NCBI GenBank assembly: GCA_051294905.1
Contig: CM119377.1
Coordinates: 2,914,001 to 2,978,000, forward strand
From: Botryllus schlosseri
Taxonomy: Eukaryota
Length of the DNA: 64,000 bases
Reading direction: 5' to 3'
Below, one piece after another: positions 1 through 12,700 of the stretch. Position 1 is the first letter of the stretch, and each line of letters opens with the position of its first letter. The notes below the pieces were generated by a model. The model ran no database searches. It saw only the letters and a list, made by a program, of their open reading frames with translations, and had not been told where the DNA came from. Position numbers and translations under genes: made by a program.

Positions 1-299
1 CAGCCACAGACACACTTTATGTGAAAATGGACTTATAATTATCGCTTTACCGCTGCTTATGATCTTATACGTCTGCAGTTTGGCCACCTCTGGCCTGCTG
101 AAATAAGGATGAGCAAGGCTGCAACGTTATGGAAATGCTAACTAGTAATCAGAGCTAGCGGTTACCGGACCACAGTGGTTCTCAAATTAATACCATGACT
201 CGGACTTGACTCAGTCGAGAACTAAAGCTCCGATCACTTTGTTTGCGGTCAATTTATTTGTGATAGAGAAATGTCGACTCGAGTCATCGAAGTTTCTTT

Positions 300-540
300 G
301 CTCTGATTCCAATCTATTTGTGAAATGTTTCAATGCTCTAATTTTAATTCTAATCTGATCTCAGGTTTTTCTGAAAATGAGTACAGGACTGCGCAGTGAG
401 AAAGAGGCAGGTTTTGTGTACATCCTAATATAGTTCAGGAGTACCTGTGTAGCTGTAATTCTAATTGTGGTGTAATTTGTAAAAATCTATATAGGTATAA
501 TTATAATTCTGATCTAATTTGGAAAGGCTGAATATTTTCT
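300..540 (+). repeat. AT-rich ctaatt/ctaatct repeat family (also about 11900-12130 and 27400-27590)
   Basis: atttgtgaaatgtttc…tgaaaatg..acagg shared. Confidence 0.5.
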
Positions 541-560
541 AGTTCAAGTCTGTTCCCAAC

Positions 561-791
561 CTCCTCCGATAGCGGGCAAAGCTATGCTCTTCATCCCCAT
601 TCCGTCAGCCTGTCTCAATATTTTCAGCAATAGGTCCTCCATGGATTCATTCGTTTTTGGTATCGCCACATGAATGATCTTTTGACATTTCAAGTTGCCT
701 GCGTCGCTGTAACGGATATCGGCGTCTACGGTGCTCAATATGTTTCGAATATCTTCCCCAGCTCCGCTGAATACGGCACGAGACAATGGAC
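561..791 (-). CDS. Macrodomain exon (core, GPLSRAVFSGAG...IIHV...SIALPAIGG)
   Basis: 231 nt, phase 1-1, acceptor ttcgacAG, donor GTTGGG; typical macrodomain motifs. Confidence 0.9.
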
Positions 792-3700
792 CTGTCGAAA
801 AAGTTCATTTTATCGCATAGAAAACTACCGAGGGTGTCAGTAACAAAGTACTTCTACCAGGGTTGCAATGAATTGAGTCACGACTCGAGGGAGTCATATG
901 ACTCGAGACATTCAGTATGACTCGATTCAAATCTTGTTTATGAGTACCGATACTTGCAAAATAGGCCCAGAAACTGTATTGCATCTGCATGAATTAACAC
1001 TGTTCAGAGCGAGAAAAATGAGTAGGCCTCAAAATCGCGGAAAATTGCACTTTATTTTAACAAAAGTTGCAGTAAAAAGTTGCATTTATAATTTTTTCAA
1101 TTATCACGGTATGAGATACGGTACTCGAAAGGTTCCGTTGTATAACTTGACAGTTTAAAATTTGCAGGGTGTATGTCTTTTCCGTTTCTTTCGTCGCTTT
1201 TCACGCAATCACGATCATGCATACACGTTTATGTTATTTAGGTGTGAATCCTACCCGACAGCAGTTTGATGTCAGTTCCTGCAGAGCTGTCAAATTTGCT
1301 ACTTTCCCATTACACGGAGGGTCTGGCGAGACAGCCAAAAATTACATTTTGTTCGGTACATAGAGAGGACATAACGAAACAATTTGCCCAAAATGCCCAA
1401 CAGCTTAGCGACAACCCAGCCCTTCCTCCCCCTTAAACAATCCAAACGCGACACCCCAAAATTGACCGAAGGTCAGTGTTGACGACGATTACCAGTGAAC
1501 TCGGCACTTGTTGAATTCGGCCCTTGGTGAACTCGGCCCTCGGGAAATTTTGTATTAAAAATGCATTAAATATGAATTATGATTCTCGCATAAGGAAGAA
1601 TCACATGCCGTGGTAGATCTCGTAGCGGTATCGGTCACCATGATTGGTTACTGGAATGTTTGCTGGTGAACTCGGCACTAATCTTGGGATACCCTAACCC
1701 CTACCCTAATATCTCCCTCCCACAACCCTAATCTTGGGATACCCTACCCCAACTTTGACCCTAACTCACCTTCAATCTCCCTTTCAGCCAACCTTAATAT
1801 CCCCCTCCCCAACCCTAACCTTGGGATGCCCTAACTGCCCCCCCCCCCAACCCTAATATCCCCTCTCCGCGACCCTAATACCCCCAACCCTACCCTAATA
1901 TCCATCTCTCCATAGGCACAAAAAAATATATATTTTGACGTTTATAAATTTTTGTTAGTGTTTATGGGAAACATTTATTGGTGATCATGGTGAACACTTT
2001 TCGATCTCTACTTGCCATCCAAGAAGTGCCCTATCTTCCTCCACCATTCTCAAGAACCCTTCTTGTGACATAATAGCCTGTGGGCCACAAGCGATGTGCT
2101 GCCACATGCTGCACTCATCGCATTTCAAGGCAGCTTGATCCTCTAAAACTTCGTTATTACATAAAACACAGACATCCATCTTCTCAAAAGTCGTACGTCG
2201 GTCCCTCGCCAAGCCAACACTGAGCCGGCCACGCGTGGTCGTGGTTGATATGTAAACGTCGGGTTATCTCCCCCGCTTGCGCAATCCGTTATCTAATCAC
2301 GCCGTGACTGCGTGATCTACGCATGCCCTGACCTCCTTACAAGATTGACGAATCACTTGATAATACTATTATTAGTTTAATAATTCATATTCATAGATGT
2401 CAATACACTTTATTACAAAATTTCCTGAGGGCCGAATTCACCGAGGGCCGAGTTCACCAATGGCCGAGTTCACCAAGGGCCGAGTTTGTGCGGCCGAATT
2501 CACCAAGTGCCTGAGTTCATCGGCAACCTTGACGACTTCACCAAAATCAATAGCCAGAAAAAGGTGACTCAGTGAAAATGAAATTGTCGGTGGTCTCGGC
2601 GTCTGTAAAATGGGAAACTACCACAAATTTAGATAACCAAATTATTAAAGTGATCTATTTACATATTCTTCGGGCACGGTCGTGCTTGGCTGGGGTAGTC
2701 ATATGTCTTGGTCGAGTCATGCACAATGACTCGACTCCAAGCAAGACGAGTCAATACACAATATGACTTGAATAGGAATAGGATGCTGTTTATTTTTGTC
2801 CTTGATGATTTTGCGGCATATACTCCAACTCATGATATGACGTAAAAATTACACACAATCTGCGCATAACTGCATATGCATACCATAAGTGTGCATGGTG
2901 TGCATATGCCGCTGGACAAGGAAGGTGCAGAAATAATCTCGTGACGCTTCATGCACCATCCCTCCATGCTATCCCAGTATTGCCGAGCGCAAAGCGGGAA
3001 AACATGGATACCAGGGTTACTAATCAGGTCTTTGGTCTGACCTGGCCGGGGATCGAACCCACGACCTAACGATCAAGAAGCCGGATGCTCCACCATTACG
3101 CTATCTTGAGTCAAGTCGAGTCATAACACCTCCAATTCCATGGGTCTGTGAATGACAATGGCAAAAGACACCCACCATCAAACGAAAAACTTTTGTTGGT
3201 GGTATTCACGATCACATCCACATCTTCTTTTGTGATATCGCCTTCCTTGATTTCGTATGTGACGCTTCCGATGGATTTCTGAATAAGACACGCCTGGATT
3301 TGTAGCGCTCACAAATTACAAACCCATCGGGCGCCTAATCTCCACCCATGTTGAGGAGGACGTGAAACCAAGTGAGTTGTGTCAACACAATTATGATATA
3401 TAGCCTACACAATTATTATTTGACAGATCAGATTATTTGAGTAAGAAAATAGTGATGCTTCAAGAGACACATTCAAGAGCTGGTTTTATGTTATATGTTT
3501 TTAAGCGACAGCTGAGCGAAAATAATAAAGTGGTCTCGAGCGACACAGCGACACAGCGTCACAATATATTTGAACCAATCGAGTCTAACCCCTGACGTAG
3601 TGTAACCCCTCATTCTGAGTCCAACATGGGCATCTATCAATAAAATACACTATATTAGTGACTCAAATGACCATAATTGACATTGTTACTCTTTTACACT

Positions 3701-6700
3701 TATGGATTAATATGATTATATTCATTATGTCATTGTGATATTATGACCATATATTCATATGATTATATTCTATTATTAGCATTATTATATACCTACTTCA
3801 ACAGTAGTTTTATAATATAGTCCTGAATTTCTTCATATTCTTGTACTGAAGTCATGTATGTGATTTGGTATATCCAGCATAGAAGTCTATTTGTAGACTG
3901 CGTAGCTATGGGTTCTCCTTTGGGACCTATTTCGGCTAACATTTTCATAGGATATTATGAGGGCGAGCTTCTCTCCCAGCGTGTGTCCGTCAAACCATTG
4001 TTGTACCAGAAGATACTTCTGTCACATTCAGGAATGAGTTGGACTGTGAACAATTTCTCATTCACTTAACCTCGCTTCACCTGATTCTGGGAATCACAAT
4101 TTAAAAAGAAAATAACTCATTGTCATTTCTGGACATTTTAGTCGAAAAGCATGATAACGATAAATTTGAAACATACATCTTCAGGAAACTGACATTCACT
4201 GGCCAATACTTTCGTTGGAATTCATTTAGTCCAAGACGCAGAAAAATCAATCTCATAGGCAGCCTCGTGCGTAGAGCGTTGATGATATGTTCGGGTAATA
4301 AACTGAACTTAAAACTTGACAACATCCACAAAATCTTACTTGAGAACGGTTACCCTAGTCACGTTATCAACTGCAGCATAGAGAGGAAAGTAACGCAATT
4401 TAACGCAGAAAAGTCAACAGAGCCTACCGAACGAACAACCAGATATGTATACATCCATCTACCTGGGATTGGTCCTATTTCCCCCCGCTTTGAAAAGCAA
4501 TTGATTTCAGCGCTCAATAAGTGTTACACAGTGACGACCAATGTGATTTTCACGACTACGCAGCGGCTTCCTGCCCTTCAACAGAGCCATGTAGTTTACT
4601 AATTTAAGTGTCACTGTGATTGTGGCTACGTGGGAAGAATGTCAAAGCGCTTGCAGGAAAGCATAAATCAGCATGTCCCTAGATTCATTAGAACACGCGC
4701 ATCACGCTCACCCTTGACACATTCGCTCAAGATTGATGAGGAACAATCAAAGGCCACAAATTCTCCAATTGGCAAACACTTGTTGGATAATCCCGGCCGT
4801 GCGGAAATATTATCGAGACAACAGATTTCGCGTATTCGGAAAGGGTTATTTACACTTTCATTTGTGTGCCTTGGAGTGAACTTTTATCAAAATACACCAG
4901 CGAAGGCGGTGTCAACAAAAAGAGTTCGTGTATCATCTAAAAATAGTACATTGGACGCTCTCGTATTTGACATTTCATGCCGGTGACGTCATATTTTGTG
5001 GTACGATTGTTGATATATGATGTTCTTTTGTATTATCTACTAGTTGCTGACGATTACTCAGGCAAAAATATTCGGGTTCATTTCAATATGAATCTACTAT
5101 TCAATTGTATCTGATACATCTAGTACAAAAGTAACACATGTTGCATGGCATATCCAACACAAAAATCTCGTATGTGACGTGGTCTGACCGACACATATCG
5201 TTGTCGACACACACCTTGGGTAGCTGAACATATATCTCCTCCCCGAATTTCGTATCTGGCAGCCGATCGATTTGCACGACACAATTGCAATTGATTTCGA
5301 TCTCTTCTATGAGATAGCTGGTCGAAGACTCTTTCAAGAACTTATAGACACCGTACTTTTTCATCGATAACTCCTGCACGGATATGGACTCGATGAGAGT
5401 TTTCACTGTAAAAGAAAGCAGCTCATCACATCGCAGACAATTCGAATAAACTTGAAGTAGAGAAGTACATTCACATCATTCCAAAATTCTCTCTTTTCAG
5501 CTTGAAAAATAGGAGTAATTTAAGTATCTGCCAGATTATCTACTGACTGACCGCAAGAGGTGGTCAGTAACGAAATACCTCTACTTTTTAGGAGTATTGA
5601 AACAGGTTTTTCATAAATCCCACTATTTACTCGAGTGGTTATGCTTTTGCCTAGCTCCACTCCTATTGGATAGTTTGCTGAGAAAAACTAATAACTTTTT
5701 GCAGGGTTGTAATGATAATGAGTTATTGGTGACTCGACTTGACTCGGGTTCCTTTTGTCACATGCGTAAAATGACTCAACTCAAGTAAATTTGTGTGTTG
5801 ACTCGACTTGTACTTGAGTAATTGTGCATGACTCGTACCAAGCCACATGACTCGAGACTAAGGGCGGTCAAGACAGACATTTATTTTAAATAATCATTTG
5901 ATTTGAAATTTGACGCAATTCCAACCTGTAGAAGCGAAGGATATTTTTGCGAATCCGATATTTTTATCTGCAATAACTTTGCTTCCAATGAGCAAAAATT
6001 GGTAAACATTGTTCGGGTTGACAGTAGCATTAAAAATTCTTGGCCTTCAATTTTTGGAAAATATTCATAAATTTTCAAACTGCTGCGTGTTCGCATGCAC
6101 CAGTTGGAATCGAGTCAAATTCAGTGTGAAGCATTGTTTTTTTAGCACCCTCACAATTTAATCAGTGAATTACCAAAATCCGAGAAAAAAAACAACTTAT
6201 TTTTGCACAAGCCTAATGTCTGTCTTTCAGTGTCAAGGGAATTTACCTTCGTCGACCTTCCCTTCTTTTCCTGATATCTCAATTCCAGCGTCGTTCTTTT
6301 GATATTTTACGTCTCTCAGAATTTTCCTTTGCTTGTTCGCTTCCAACCATTTGAAGGCGGAATCAGTAGCTTGGACGGTCAACGTTGTGTCCTTATCGAC
6401 ATCGACTGAAAGCGATTCATGCTCCAAGCTCATGCGAGCGCTTTCCTGTTGACAAAAAAGCTTACAGCTTGTCGCAAGACTGTAGGCTTTTACTTAAGTG
6501 AAACCTCAGTATACATTGTGAATGGTGACTGAAGAATTCAGTCCGTGACAGCAGCATTTTAGATAAAATGTAATTGGAAACTAATGATCAGGAGAGCAAT
6601 GATTAACTGATATATTCTCACCTGATTAAGACAGGGCCATAAGATACACCAGAGAACTTACACCAACGAACAGGTTTAGGATTCTAATCGGAAAGGAAAT

Positions 6701-9700
6701 CGAAAAGTACTCGGAAACATGACTCAAGACTGGTGGAGTGGTGATTCAATTTCGTTGATCAGGCTTGGATTAGGATCCCGCCTCAAAAACATGATCGGTG
6801 TATCTCTAATAACTGGGGCTGGAATGAATCGAGTATTAGGCTTCAAATCAAGACGAATACCAGAGTATCACTCCTCCTGCTGTCATACCAGTATGAGTGA
6901 TGTGAAAAGTTTAAATAAGTATCTTTTTATGCGACCACACTGAATATAATGCCAGTTCCACTTTGTAGATCATTTGCGTTTTTTCGACCAGACCTGTATC
7001 CTTGCACATTCTGATAATACTGTGGGTTGAACACAACTTCACAGTTACCGTAAGTCATTTCCACGAACGTATATGCACTACGCATTCTGCGATAACAACC
7101 AATCGAGGTTCGGAAAAAGAATTCAAACAATAGTTTGAGTATAAAATTTAAACGGTCAGTGGAAAGGAACGTATAATTTTGATACTTGAAGATCCTCTCC
7201 CACTACTAGACTCTAATCCAGTGGTTCAGAACCTCGTCTCCAGATATTGTATCCTGCAGCGCACTGCGTGTCGATACCGAAAAGGCACTGTACTGTACAA
7301 GTTTTGAGAGTGATGCCCTTTGTACATTGAAGATGTTTTGAAGCTTTTTGGCCAAAATGATTAACTAAATATACTTTGGAATGCTACAAAATTAAATCGT
7401 CAGAATATTTCTTCATCGTATCATAAAGGATGATACTGCTGAGTGTTTTTACCCCCATTCGTGTTAAAGTTAAGAGCTTGGTGCAGTAATACATTTAATG
7501 TGAGGAAATCTATACCACATTCTTAGTTGATTTCGTAGTCACACAAAGCAAAATCCAATACAATAACTTCCCCGTGTTGCGAATCGCAGAGGAGAATTCG
7601 CGATCTGTATATCGATCTCCAACCAAATGCTATGCGCCCGTAGGCCTTACCCGATGGTTTGATCCCGAAAAAAGCACATACAATTATACAGTGAATTATA
7701 GTCGAGTGGTCTAATAGTGAAGTCCCAACCGGAAATTCGACCACTTAACCATTGTTCTTTTTTTACTAGAAATAGGAGGGCGCAAGACCCAGGCTATTTT
7801 CGAAAGGGGGCGCTGGAGAAAAAAAAGTGAAGAACCACTGTTCTAATCGATAGAATTACTACTAATAACTAGTCCGATTACTAGCGATTTCACAACCCAA
7901 GCAGAATACCGCACCTCTTCGATCATCTCTTGTAACGACTTCTCCGTAGCAGCTACAAGAGACTTGATGCCAACGATGACCAGACTGCTGTCATTTTCAA
8001 CCCAACGCACAGCGACGTTACTGCCCGACTTGACCAGCATCATGCAGAAACCTCTCATCCCTTCGTCGGCATTGATTTTCAAGACTTTGTAGCGGAGAAA
8101 ATACTGCTCTATTTTAACCCTGCAGTCCTCTTCCCACTCATTGGTGGACTCGGTCTGAAGAGAAGATAGTCTGTAACCTTAAGATGATAATCGGTCTGCA
8201 TGTATTATTTCAGAGTCGATCTTCTGCGATTAATGTTAGCACTTTTTTCAGCATCATACCAAACACGGTACTGAATGCAAGTTACATTATCTGCTGACCA
8301 TCTGCACTTCCACTACTTATCAAATGTTTTTAGACTACTTGCACTTCTGCGTAGTCAGTTTTTAGGCAAAAACATTTACCTTTCACGACTTGGATTCTGA
8401 ATAGTATGAAGCAGTTTTGGCACGAGACTACAACGACCCAGTCCCATGACTGTATGTATAAATTTTTTAAGTTTTCCCCTGTGTGTGGAGTCATTAGTAA
8501 GACAAGTTCTTGTAGCACTTGAATCATGGCAAAGTTGTACTTGATTTCAGCAAAAGTTGCAGTAAAAAAGCTGCATTTACAATTTTTTTAGATATATTAG
8601 GGTATGAGATACTCAAAAAGTTGAAGATTTGCACGGTATCTGCCTGTTTCGTTTCTTTCTTCACTATTCAATCGATCATGAATACATCTGTATGTTCTTT
8701 AGGTTTGAAAACTACATGACAGAATTTCATTGTCCGCTCCTGCAGAGCTGTCAAATTTGGTACTTTGCCATTTCATGGACGGCCTGTATAACCATATAAC
8801 AAGTCAAGTACAACACCAAAACCCCCTAGGTCTGCAAACTTGAGCCGAGGCATTGCAGCAAACCTAGTTTTGGCGACTTTAACAAAATCAATAGCCTGAA
8901 AAGGTGACCCAGTGAAAATGTAATGATCAGCAGTCTCCCTTGGGCGTCTCTCAAAGGGGAAAGGACCTAAAATTTAAACGATAGTGAATCAATGATGCGA
9001 TCTATTTAAATACAGTTCAGGCACTGTCGTGCTTGGCTGTGGTTTTAGGTATATAACTTTAATATGCAGCTGATCCATCATATAGCTCTTTGTTGAGCAA
9101 ATCAAAGACAGAACCCGACTAGAAATACTTTTATAGCATGTTCTTCAAATCACGCCTTTACATTTAGCGCAATACTTGATAAAAGCTGCAGTAAAAAGTT
9201 GATGCAAGTAGTTGCAGTATAAAACTTCTTCAAACAGCTTAAAACGCCATACTGCATGCATTCTGAGCATTTAGGAAGGTCCCGGAAGCAGTAAATAAAA
9301 GTTGCAAAAACTTGCCCTAAACCATTAGTCTAGGGCAGCGGTTCTCAACCTTTGTATTTCAATTACTTACGTAGCCTAAGGCCGCATTCTAGGGCATAGT
9401 AGTAATTAGCTAACTGGACACAAAATACCTACTTTAAACTGTCCATATTCATTCCCGGTGAACTCCGGACTATTCTACTTTTCACAACGACCTATTGTAC
9501 GCACCGAAATCCTGAGTGGCAATGTCATGAATAGTTGCTGGGACAGCATATTGTCGTGCAGGCGCAGAGCGTGAAAAATTTTCAGATTCACGAATGAATT
9601 CCGTAATTAATAGTAGTAGTATCACATATTACTATCAAATATTTATCCTTTCCCTGCCCATGTGATCAGATTCATGATGGAGGGAGTGAATGCGTTCGAA

Positions 9701-12700
9701 AATTCAGGGCAAGTTATAAACGCTAATGCATCTTCGACTGGGCCAATTGTTATTAGTCACTTTGTTGAATGCTGTTATTTTTGTTTGGAAATAACAGAAA
9801 ACATTGACAACAGGACACAAATTTCTTTCAAGGTAGGTTGCCCTGAGACTATATTCCTAATGCTGGTAGTGACTACAGAGAGCACGGCGTCGTTCAGTCC
9901 AGCCATGCTAACTGTGATCAGTTTTGGAATTGAATTAAATTGTGTTAATTTAGGGTAGCCTAATTGAGGGCAAAACCGGGCAACCGATATTGCATCCAAG
10001 TCTGTCTTAGGCAGTGCAGTTCGCCAGCTATTACCAGCAGCTACCCAGCACACCGAGCTTTTGGCTACTGCCAAAGCTATGAAGTAAGAAGGACTTACAT
10101 GTGGGAATTGCTCTATATCTTCAAAGATTATAAAAATTTGCTCAAATGAAAATGAAATCAGCCTATACTTAGCTGGAGTTTGAATTTGGCCCCAGGTTGA
10201 GGACCACACGGTCTAGGAAGTCATTAGTCATTTTGCGTTGGTGGAGAAGATGAATCTTACCATTTCAAAAATTAGCCACTTACGATTAACCTCTGAAAGT
10301 ATCCGAATCCTCGGACTTTCATTGAAGTACATTTGATATGTCTCCGAAATCAGTTAAGTTAGGGTTAGATTGTGTATTTATATTTGTATTTTGGTTTCAT
10401 TTTACCTTGTAAGGCATTTTAATATCTTGTTGAAGTTCCAAGAGACCGAAGAAGGTTATGTTTTGACTTTCATTACCTGAAAACCTGTGAGGTCTTGCAT
10501 GAAGTGAATTGCCTGGCAACGCAATACCGATGTTAACTACTTTAACCATTTCTGTCCAGTTGATTGTGAACTTTGGCATAGCATAAAATGCATAACTTAA
10601 ACATAGCAAAACCCAACCTCCAGTATATCTCCATACATCGTGAAAGTATCTCTGGTGTCATCGTCCAAAACAGGGGAGCCGAGCGGCCCCATGTGCTTGA
10701 CCAGATTTTCAAGCTGTTCGGTATTTTCCCCGATGAAAGCCGCGATTTCCGGGATATCACACTGATAACGCATCGTCACGCTTTTCTTTTTGTGCTGCCA
10801 CGAATACGCAGGTTACAGAGACAATCGTCAACCGTGAATCTAATTAAACGAGTGTCTTTATTTTGTACAAAGATACCTTGTCATCATAATGAATATAAAA
10901 GAACTGGAGAGCGCATTGAATCAGCCCCTCCCCAATTCTAGATATGAAAAGTAGAGATTAGGAGTTTTCTAATACAATTTTAGATTTGCCAAATCTAAAT
11001 GCATAAAAGTCTAGTCTTGATTGAGTATTGATTCTAGTTTGAAGAAGCATGCTTTTGAACACGGATATGAATTCTCGAATCCCCATTCGGATTCAAATAT
11101 TCAGATGATGGTCTCGGCCTCGGGGTTGTAATCAAGTCACAAGGCTCCGAGTCACAAGTCGACCTCACTTTTATAGTTTTGACACGAGTCGAGTCGAGTC
11201 ATTTTCAATTCACCACCAAGTCAAGTCCGAGTCCAAGTCATCAAGCAGGGGGTCAAGTCCGAGTCATGGTATTACGACTCGGGTCAGAGTCCAACCATTG
11301 TATTGACGGCTCAGTTTCCAGTTAAAGTCTTGTTAAACCCACTTTTTATAACTCTGTTTGGTGATATCGAATGATTCGCATTGATATTATACTAATTTTA
11401 CTAACTTTAAGCAGTTTTAACAGTTTCTGGTCGCATTTTCAAGCACCAGTACCAATAGACGAAACCCAATAGTGTTGTTACTTTACTATTCTTCGAAATT
11501 ACAATGGAATGTCGATCTTGCCCGTCTGAGTCTTGAGTCATATGACTTGGTTCGAGTCATGTGCAATGACTCGAGTCAAATCGAGTCGCCAGAAAATCCT
11601 GACTCGAGTAATTACAAACCTGCTCGGTCTTGGACTAGTTTGGTTTCAAAAATCCAAATCAGGATTTATAATGAAAGAAATGGAAAAAATTCATTATGAT
11701 GATTCAGTTTCGATAACATCCTTATTTTCAATACCGGTAGTTTTCATGTTTCATTGATCCTAGTTCAATAATTTCCTTGCACAAATAAAGACACCCCTTT
11801 AGACCCGAGACCCGCGCTAATCGGCAATCGGCTCCCACGTGCTGTGCAAACGCCACAACAACATTTCTTTCTTTCCAGCAAACTTGGACAACTAAATAAT
11901 TTTAATTGGACTAATCAGAACGATATACCGCTAATGTAATTCTAATCTATTTCTATGCTCTTAGAATTATAATTAAAATCTTAATTACGGTTTTCCTGAA
12001 AATGCTACAGGATAACTGTATAGTGCAGAACTTTCTTTTTGTCGTATTTCTTTCTAATTCGCATTTTAATTCAATTTCAAAGTTTTTGCAAATTCAGAAA
12101 TTATAATTCTAACCCAACTTGAATAAGCTGGAAATATTCTTTGTCATGACAAAGTCACATTAAATGTCAGAACCATTTTCGGAATATTATCAAACCGATA
12201 GAATTCGCTCACCGTCAAATCATAGAGCACCGCAGCTAGCCGCTTGGCTTCCTTACGAACAAAATCCTTCCATCCGCACACAATTAGACAGCCGTCCTCC
12301 TGAGACCATTCCACAGACACCTCGTCACTGTGACGACACTCCTTACGCATATGGCCGTGGTTCAGCAGCGGCACGTCGAGCTTGGTACAATCAAGTTTTT
12401 GCAAGATTTCTTTGATAGCCTTATTGCAATCGGCTTCCCAGTCTTCCACGGAGTCCACCTGGCAAACCACATATGGTGAGCGATCATGCATGATATTTAA
12501 AGAGAATTTTGAAGAGAAAGTGAAGTTACAATTCAATGAAATTGTTTTCAACCTGTGGAATGGTACATACTACTGCAGATAAAAAATTGAGCTTTTTTAC
12601 TTTTCTGAAGTGGAGTAATTCAAACAAACTTGATATGACATTGAGAACAGTGGATGCCTGACTCCTATCATTGCGAGACATTTATAAAAACTTGTTGAAC

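Larger units (their letters stand above)
1040..2720. mobile_element. hAT-like non-autonomous element (family of 8520-9319 and 43309-44930), interrupted by 1487-2528
   Basis: Shared blocks such as aaaagttgcagtaaaaa and gacttca.caaaatcaatagcc.gaaaaggtgac.cagtgaaaatg. Confidence 0.65.

Noticed and set aside
1-560. WWE or PARP catalytic exons
   Set aside because: None recognisable; they would lie beyond the window start, so PARP activity cannot be claimed.
1690-1915. True telomere or chromosome-fusion site
   Set aside because: Highly degenerate and enclosed in a TSD-flanked element.
7523-7744. ORF as a host exon
   Set aside because: It lies inside a TSD-flanked hAT MITE (7219-7840); the host exons can join across it.
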